Assembly: GCA_050633305.1 (NCBI GenBank) | Contig: JBOEGF010000011.1 | Coordinates: 315,317 to 370,467, forward strand | Source: Nannocystales bacterium | GTDB taxonomy: Bacteria > Myxococcota_A > Polyangia > Nannocystales > Nannocystaceae | Length of the DNA stretch: 55,151 bases | Direction: 5' to 3' | Shown here: in pieces, positions 48,729-55,151 of the stretch | How the letters are laid out: the number at the start of each line of letters is the position of its first letter | Position numbering within the stretch: the first letter of the stretch is position 1 | Program-made: the position numbers and the translations under genes | Notes under the pieces: generated by a model | Databases searched by the model: none | What the model was told of the DNA's origin: nothing | What the model saw: the letters and a program-made list of their open reading frames with translations, nothing else

Positions 48729-49799
48729 TCAGAACCGCCAGGTGAGCTGCAGGGACGCCTCCGTCCCATTGCTCTGCTGCTTCGCGTGCCGCTTGTCCTT
48801 CGCCTGGCCCACTCCGAACGCTATGCCGAACCCGGTGAGGGTGCCTGCGCCGATTCCGAGCACGACGAGGCCCGTGGCGAGAGAGTTGTGCACGTCGCGG
48901 CACTTCTCCCCGGTGGCTGGGTCCGAATCGGTCAGATCCGGGCATCGACCATCGATCGCAGCCGCGAACGCGCCGCCTGCGATGGCCGCTCCGCCCAACG
49001 TCATCCCCAGGATGCCTGCCCACCGCGGCAACTTCCGCCCGCTCTTCGAGGTGGTCGGAGTCTTCGTCGTGCCCGCGGCGGCGTCGGCCGGCGGCGGTGG
49101 GACGTCGAGCGACAAAGAAGCCTTGGGCGCGTCGTCGGTCAGGACGATGGAGGTCTGCTCGAACGGCTCAGGTGGCGTCCGGTTTTGAGGTTCGATGCGG
49201 ACGACGTGGGGCCCGAGCGGAATCCCGGTGGACAAGACATCCATGCCGGTTCCGAGGACACGCCCGTCGAGGAACACGCGGCACGGTCCCCCGGAGCACG
49301 AGACTTCGATCGCACCGACCGGCTTGAGCTCTGGGGCTGAGCGGCGCTCCTCGTACAGCGCACTGAGGCTTGGCCCAAACTCAGCCACGTTCGCGACGCT
49401 GCCTCCCGAGGCGCGAATGGCCTCGTCGAGCGCGGCGGTCGCCTCATCGGGTTGGTCGAGTACGAGCAGCGCGCGCGCGAGATACAGGAGGCCTTCGATG
49501 CGCATCGACTGCAGGGCGGCATCGCGCCCCACCACGCCCGGCGCGGCGGCGGCTCGGTCGAGGACCTTACGCAGTTGCGGTGCGTGTAGCTCGGGGTCCT
49601 CGTTGGTCGCATCGATGGCGGCCTGCAGCTCGGCTCGAAGCTTGGGACCGGTCTCCTCGGGCGCGGCCTCGGCCCGCATGAGCGTGGAGACGGCCGCCTT
49701 GGGGGAGGGGGTCGGTCCAGCAAACGCAGGCGTCGCGAAGGCGGGGGCGAGGACGGCGGTGAGAGCCAGGCGAGACAGTCGAGTGCTGAGGACGTTCAT
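48729..49799 (-). CDS. Secreted/membrane hypothetical protein (TPR-like helices, PEGA-like beta domain, C-terminal hydrophobic helices)
   Basis: Signal peptide ending AFA, VFLDG...G.H.VRIE, two hydrophobic segments and terminal WRF. Confidence 0.7.
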   Translation of the reverse strand: MNVLSTRLSRLALTAVLAPAFATPAFAGPTPSPKAAVSTLMRAEAAPEETGPKLRAELQAAIDATNEDPELHAPQLRKVLDRAAAAPGVVGRDAALQSMRIEGLLYLARALLVLDQPDEATAALDEAIRASGGSVANVAEFGPSLSALYEERRSAPELKPVGAIEVSCSGGPCRVFLDGRVLGTGMDVLSTGIPLGPHVVRIEPQNRTPPEPFEQTSIVLTDDAPKASLSLDVPPPPADAAAGTTKTPTTSKSGRKLPRWAGILGMTLGGAAIAGGAFAAAIDGRCPDLTDSDPATGEKCRDVHNSLATGLVVLGIGAGTLTGFGIAFGVGQAKDKRHAKQQSNGTEASLQLTWRF

Positions 49800-50938
49800 G
49801 TCGGTACCGCGGACGATCCTGAGTCCAGCGCAAGTTGGCCGCAGGCGGCTCCGATGTCGTCCCCCCGCGGAGTACGAACGTGCACCTTCACGCCGCCGCG
49901 ACGCAAGCGTTCAACGAAGCGAGAGACACGTTGTGCGCTGGGACGTCGATACGGCGCGCCGGCGTGCGGGTTGAACGGAATCGCGTTCACATGGGCGTCA
50001 AAGCCCCGCAGCAGGGCAATCAGGCGTCCTGCGTCGTCGTCGGTGTCGTTGACGCCATCGAGAAGCACGTACTCGAAGGTGATCCGACGGCGCCGGTTGG
50101 CTGGCAGGGCGCGAACCGTGGCGAGCAGGGTGTCGATATTCCACTTGGTGTTGATCGGCATCACCGCGTCGCGGACGGCATCGGTCGTCGCGTTCAACGA
50201 GACCGCCAATCCGACCTCTTCAGCCAGCCCCTCGCGGCCGAAGCGTTCGATCGCCGGGACGAGGCCCGCGGTCGAGACGGTGATCCGGCGGCCGGCGATG
50301 CCGGCCCCGTCGGGGTGGGTCAAGAGGTCGATCGCCCGGCGGACCTGCACGAAGTTGTGCAGCGGTTCCCCCATGCCCATGAGCACGACGTTGGTGATGC
50401 GCTCGACCCATGGAGCCCCGGCGTCGGCGGCATCCTCCGCGAGGAGCGTTTGGGCACGGTAGACTTGGTCGAGGATCTCCCACGCGGCGAGGTTGCGCTG
50501 GAATCCGAGGGTTTGCGTTGCGCAGAACTGGCAGGTCAGTGAGCAGCCGACCATCGAGCTGATGCACAGGGTCAGCCCGCGCCCATCGTTGGGGATCAGG
50601 ACCGACTCGAGGCTGTGACCATCCGAGGTCCGGATGCGGAGCTTTCGGGTTCCGTCGGCACTGCGTAGGACCGTGTCCACGTGCAGCGCATCGATGGTGG
50701 AGGCCGCGGCCAGCTTGGCGCGCTGCGCTTTCCCCAGGTTCGTCATCTCGTCGAACGAGGTGACGCGCTGCTGGTGAATCCACCCGTAGACCTGTCCGGT
50801 GCGGTACTTGGGACCGCCGACGGTGGTCTCCATGAACGACGCGAGCTCGCCCCACGACAGGCCCCGCAGATTCGGACCGGTTTCATCAGTCCGCGGCAGG
50901 CCGGTGCGGGGCCGCCGAATTGGAACGAGCTCAGACAT
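49796..50938 (-). CDS. rlmN: 23S rRNA/tRNA m2A methyltransferase RlmN
   Basis: CISSMVGCSLTCQFCAT, MGMGEP, FEYV and RG.DI.AACGQL. Confidence 0.96.
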   Translation of the reverse strand: MSELVPIRRPRTGLPRTDETGPNLRGLSWGELASFMETTVGGPKYRTGQVYGWIHQQRVTSFDEMTNLGKAQRAKLAAASTIDALHVDTVLRSADGTRKLRIRTSDGHSLESVLIPNDGRGLTLCISSMVGCSLTCQFCATQTLGFQRNLAAWEILDQVYRAQTLLAEDAADAGAPWVERITNVVLMGMGEPLHNFVQVRRAIDLLTHPDGAGIAGRRITVSTAGLVPAIERFGREGLAEEVGLAVSLNATTDAVRDAVMPINTKWNIDTLLATVRALPANRRRRITFEYVLLDGVNDTDDDAGRLIALLRGFDAHVNAIPFNPHAGAPYRRPSAQRVSRFVERLRRGGVKVHVRTPRGDDIGAACGQLALDSGSSAVPT

Positions 50939-51001
50939 ATGGTTTCCAGCTCACACTCTCGGACCGACGCGGTGGCCGGGTCCGAGAGCCTGGAGGGCAG
51001 C

Positions 51002-51415
51002 TTAGATCAGGTCGAGGCCGGCGAAGAAGTAGCCCAGCTCGAAAGCTGCGGTGTCTTCAGCGTCGGAGCCGTGGGTGGCGTTGCGCTCGATGGAGGTGCC
51101 GAACTGGCCACGAATGGTCTCGGGGCCGGCTTCGGAAGCGTTGGTGGGTCCCATCAGGTCGCGCCAGCGCTTGATCGCGTCTTCGCCTTCGAGGCAGACC
51201 GCGAGGATCTTGCCTTCGCACATGAAGGTGCACAGGTCGCCGAAGAACGGGCGCTCACTGTGGACGTGGTAGAAGCCTTCGGCCTGCGCGCGCGTCAGGT
51301 GGAGCGAGCGAGTGCCCACGACGGACAAGCCGCTCTCCTGAATCTTGGCGAGGATGGCTCCGGCATGGCCGGCGGCGTAAGCATCGGGTTTGACGAGCGC
51401 GAGCGTGCGTTGCAT
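51002..51415 (-). CDS. ndk: Nucleoside diphosphate kinase
   Basis: RTL..VKPD, FY.VH.ERPFF, TIRG and NATHGSD. Confidence 0.97.
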   Translation of the reverse strand: MQRTLALVKPDAYAAGHAGAILAKIQESGLSVVGTRSLHLTRAQAEGFYHVHSERPFFGDLCTFMCEGKILAVCLEGEDAIKRWRDLMGPTNASEAGPETIRGQFGTSIERNATHGSDAEDTAAFELGYFFAGLDLI

Positions 51416-51624
51416 CGGGCGGAAGCTAACAGAGCGCTGGCCTTGTCGCAGTGGAGATTCTCCGGCGTCGCGGTGTGCCGGCTCATGCTGCGGCGAGGGC
51501 GCAGTTCTCCCGTCGGCCATGCCCTGGGCCGCGGGTGCCTCGCGGCCGGGCTCGGCTCGGAGTCCGAGCTGTCTGGCGAGGTCCGCGGCGACATCGAGCC
51601 TGCTAGGGTGCGCCGCCCGAGACC

Positions 51625-52665
51625 GTGAAGTCCATCGACACCGATACGCTGAACCCCGATGCCTTTGACGAGGTCATCGACGTGCGTTCGCCCTCCGAGT
51701 TCGCCGAGGACCACGTGCCGGGGGCGGTCAACCTCCCAGTGCTGGACGACGCGCAGCGGGCCGAGGTCGGGACTCTGTACAAGCGGGTCTCCGCGTTCGA
51801 GGCCCGACGGCTGGGCGCGGCCTACATCTCCGAGAACATCGGCGGCCATCTCGCGGTGCACTTGGCGGACAAGCCGGCCTCGTACGCACCGCTGGTGTAC
51901 TGCTGGCGTGGCGGTCAACGCAGTCAGTCGCTGGCCCACATCCTAGAGCGTGTGGGCTGGCCGGTCTCGCTGTTGACCCAGGGCTACAAGACCTACCGAC
52001 GTCTGGTGCGCACCCAGCTCGAGGTGTTGCCCAAGCAGGTGCGGTTCAACGTTCTGGCCGGCTACACCGGGACCGGGAAGACCAAGATCCTCCATGCTCT
52101 TGCGGAGCGTGGCGCTCAGGTGTTCGACCTCGAAGGCCTCGCCAACCACCAAGGCTCACTGCTGGGCGAACCGCCGGAGGGGCAGAACGTCTCTCAGAAG
52201 TGGTTCGAGTCCCGCCTGTGGGACGCGCTGCGCAAGTTCGACCCTAGCCGGGCTGTGTGGACCGAGGCCGAGAGCGCCAAGATCGGTCAGGTGTCCCTGC
52301 CGAAGGAAGTCCTGCATTCGGTGCGAGGCGGCACGACGTTCGAGATCGTGGCGGAGCGCGAAGAACGAGCTCGGTTCTTGTCCTCGGGATACCGCTGGTG
52401 GCGCGAGAACCCGGACGTGCTGATGGGCAAACTTCGACGGCTCACCGAGCGCTATGGTCAGGCTGAGATCGGTCGGTGGCAGACGCTTGCCGATGCCCAG
52501 GACTGGCCCGGTTTCGTCGGGCGGGTGCTGGAGATGCACTACGACCCCGCGTATGCGCGCAGCCGCGGCAAGAACTACGCGACCGCCTCCGTTCAGGTGC
52601 ACGTCGAGGGACTGCTCGAGCGCGGTGCCGACGAGGCCGCCGAGCACTTGCTCGCACTCGAGTGA
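51625..52665 (+). CDS. selU: tRNA 2-selenouridine(34) synthase SelU/MnmH
   Basis: DVRSP.EF..DH.PGA.N.P, rhodanese YCWRGGQRS, P-loop GYTGTGKT, DLEGLANH.GS and HYDP.Y. Confidence 0.95.
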   Translation: MKSIDTDTLNPDAFDEVIDVRSPSEFAEDHVPGAVNLPVLDDAQRAEVGTLYKRVSAFEARRLGAAYISENIGGHLAVHLADKPASYAPLVYCWRGGQRSQSLAHILERVGWPVSLLTQGYKTYRRLVRTQLEVLPKQVRFNVLAGYTGTGKTKILHALAERGAQVFDLEGLANHQGSLLGEPPEGQNVSQKWFESRLWDALRKFDPSRAVWTEAESAKIGQVSLPKEVLHSVRGGTTFEIVAEREERARFLSSGYRWWRENPDVLMGKLRRLTERYGQAEIGRWQTLADAQDWPGFVGRVLEMHYDPAYARSRGKNYATASVQVHVEGLLERGADEAAEHLLALE

Positions 52666-52863
52666 CGTCCGCGTGCCGTCGTGGGCACGCATGATCGTCT
52701 TGTGAGGTATCGGCACTACCGGGGTATGAAACCCCGTGCCCTGATGGCCCAGGCCGTCCTCCTCGCGGGCTGTGCGAGTGACGCCGAACCCTATGCTCGA
52801 ACGTCTCCGGCGATCGACTTGGCGGGCATTGTGGCCGCGGCCGAGCAGGCGTCGCGGGTGGCT

Positions 52864-54198
52864 TCAGGTCCCGGTTGCCTCGAGACGGTCGAGCCGGCGC
52901 TGGGTGACGAGGGCACCGATCATGTCGCCCTCGACGTTGACGGCGGTGCGGAAGGTGTCCAGTGGCCGTTCGATGACCATCAGGATGCCGATCGCTTCCA
53001 GCGGGATGCCGACGGCGAGCATGACCATCTGCATGCCGCTGATCGAGCCCGAAGGCATGCCGGGGGCGCCGACCGAAGAGACGATCGTCATCAAGAACAC
53101 GGCGACGAGCGACGCGCCGGTCAGCTCAATACCGAAGATGTGGGCCAGGAACACCGCAGCGATGCCCTCGAACAAGGCTGTGCCATCCATGTTCATCGTC
53201 GCGCCCAGCGGCAAGACGAACCCGCTGACGCCCTTGCTGACGCCGAAGCGTTCCTCGCACGTCGCGATGGTGACGGGCAGGGCGGCGGAACTGGAGCTGG
53301 TGGTCAGGGCGACGAGCAGCGGGGCACCGGCGTAGCGCAGGAAGTGCAGCGGGTTCACGCGCCCGAGGAACCAGCCCAAGGTGGGCAGCACGACCAGCCC
53401 GTGAAACATCGTCGCGCCGAACACCACGGCGGAGAATGAGAGCAGTTCGGTGAACAACTCCCCGCCGGCTCGCAGCGAGAAGTCGAACACGATGCCGAAA
53501 ATGCCCAGCGGGGTGAGCAACAGGACCCAGCTGAGCACCTTCGAGATGATCATGTTCACGTGGTGCACGCCGGTGATCAGCGGGCTGTCCTTGGGAACCA
53601 CGAGGATCAACGCAAAGCCTGCCAGCATCGCGTTGGTGACGATCGCGAGGATGTTGAGGTTGGCCAGCGCACCGAAGGGGTTGGACAGGGCTGTCCCCAG
53701 CATCCCGTGCAGGATTCGGATGACCGAGTCGCTGCCGGGGTTGATCAGCACCGGGGCCGGAGCACCGGAGGCTTGCTGGGCGGCCGCGACATCCTCGACC
53801 GAGAGCTGAAGCCCGCTGTTCTCCCAGGGGTGAATGAACGTGACGACGAACAGCCCAATGCAGATCGCGATAAACGTCGTCAGGACGTAGTAGCCGATCG
53901 CGGTGGCGCCGATCTTCTTCAAACGCGTGGAGTCGCCCAGCCCCAGCAGTCCGCCCAGCAGCGAGAAGAACACGACCGGCGCGACCAGCAGTCGAAGCGC
54001 CGAGATGAACGTGTCCTTGAGGAGCAGGACCAGCTCGTACAGCGGAGGCGGCTCGGCCATGCTCGGCCAGCTACGATCTCCGAGCGTGACCGCGGCGAAA
54101 TACCCGAGCGCGCCTGCGACGAGGACCCAAAAAGACAGATTGCGGTGGAGGTTTCGCAAGGCGCCCCGCTTTGGGGCTGGAGCGGATGCGTCGGCCAT
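52864..54198 (-). CDS. Dicarboxylate/amino acid:cation symporter (DAACS, GltP/SstT family)
   Basis: TSSSSAALP, LPLGATMNMDGTA and D.FRTAVNV.GD. Confidence 0.93.
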   Translation of the reverse strand: MADASAPAPKRGALRNLHRNLSFWVLVAGALGYFAAVTLGDRSWPSMAEPPPLYELVLLLKDTFISALRLLVAPVVFFSLLGGLLGLGDSTRLKKIGATAIGYYVLTTFIAICIGLFVVTFIHPWENSGLQLSVEDVAAAQQASGAPAPVLINPGSDSVIRILHGMLGTALSNPFGALANLNILAIVTNAMLAGFALILVVPKDSPLITGVHHVNMIISKVLSWVLLLTPLGIFGIVFDFSLRAGGELFTELLSFSAVVFGATMFHGLVVLPTLGWFLGRVNPLHFLRYAGAPLLVALTTSSSSAALPVTIATCEERFGVSKGVSGFVLPLGATMNMDGTALFEGIAAVFLAHIFGIELTGASLVAVFLMTIVSSVGAPGMPSGSISGMQMVMLAVGIPLEAIGILMVIERPLDTFRTAVNVEGDMIGALVTQRRLDRLEATGT

Positions 54199-54359
54199 GA
54201 AGCGCGGCGAGCATATCGCCTCGGGGAGAACGTCGTCGCGCGAAGTGCACATGGCGCCTCACACGCTCGACGCGATCTCTACGGGGAGTTCCGATGCAGC
54301 GGCTGGGGGGTTGTGCGGCGGCCCGCAGGGACCTGGGAGTGCGGTAGTTTCAGCTCCGG

Positions 54360-55151
<792 letters not shown>

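Noticed and set aside
52726..53439. ORF starting MKPRALMAQAVLLAGC with a lipobox-like N-terminus
   Set aside because: After about 46 codons it runs antisense into the DAACS transporter for more than 570 nt. It could be a lipoprotein remnant but I cannot support it as a gene.

Overview
High-GC bacterial chromosome segment. The Cys-rich lipoproteins, TPR-kinases, ECF sigma factors and RomY-like domain point to Myxococcota, probably Nannocystaceae-like (inference from gene content). Core content: cysQ-like phosphatase, glyA back-to-back with a complete trpE-G-D-C-F-B-A operon, dciA-like gene, lipA, a DnaJ-class protein, rph-rdgB, tRNA-Pro(TGG)/tRNA-Arg(TCT), rlmN-ndk, selU, a DAACS transporter and the 5' part of dnaE. 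Accessory genes are interspersed. I saw no CRISPR array, integrase, transposase or rRNA. The best candidate for an undescribed system is a four-gene minus-strand operon (45833-48312): a RomY-N-like domain fused to a roadblock domain, a divergent roadblock protein, a coiled-coil protein with an amphipathic N-terminus, and a stand-alone roadblock paralog, with no GTPase gene. It may be a second MglA/MglB-type GAP or polarity module. Other notable items: an apparently circularly permuted DHH phosphoesterase; an orphan DUF4123 gene paired with a double-FCEVC protein; a TPR-pseudokinase coupled to a TMEM260/DUF2723-like glycosyltransferase; a 57-aa K/E/D lipoprotein missing from the ORF track; and a window-wide pattern of leaderless-type promoters. 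Family assignments come from motif recognition only; no database searches were run.
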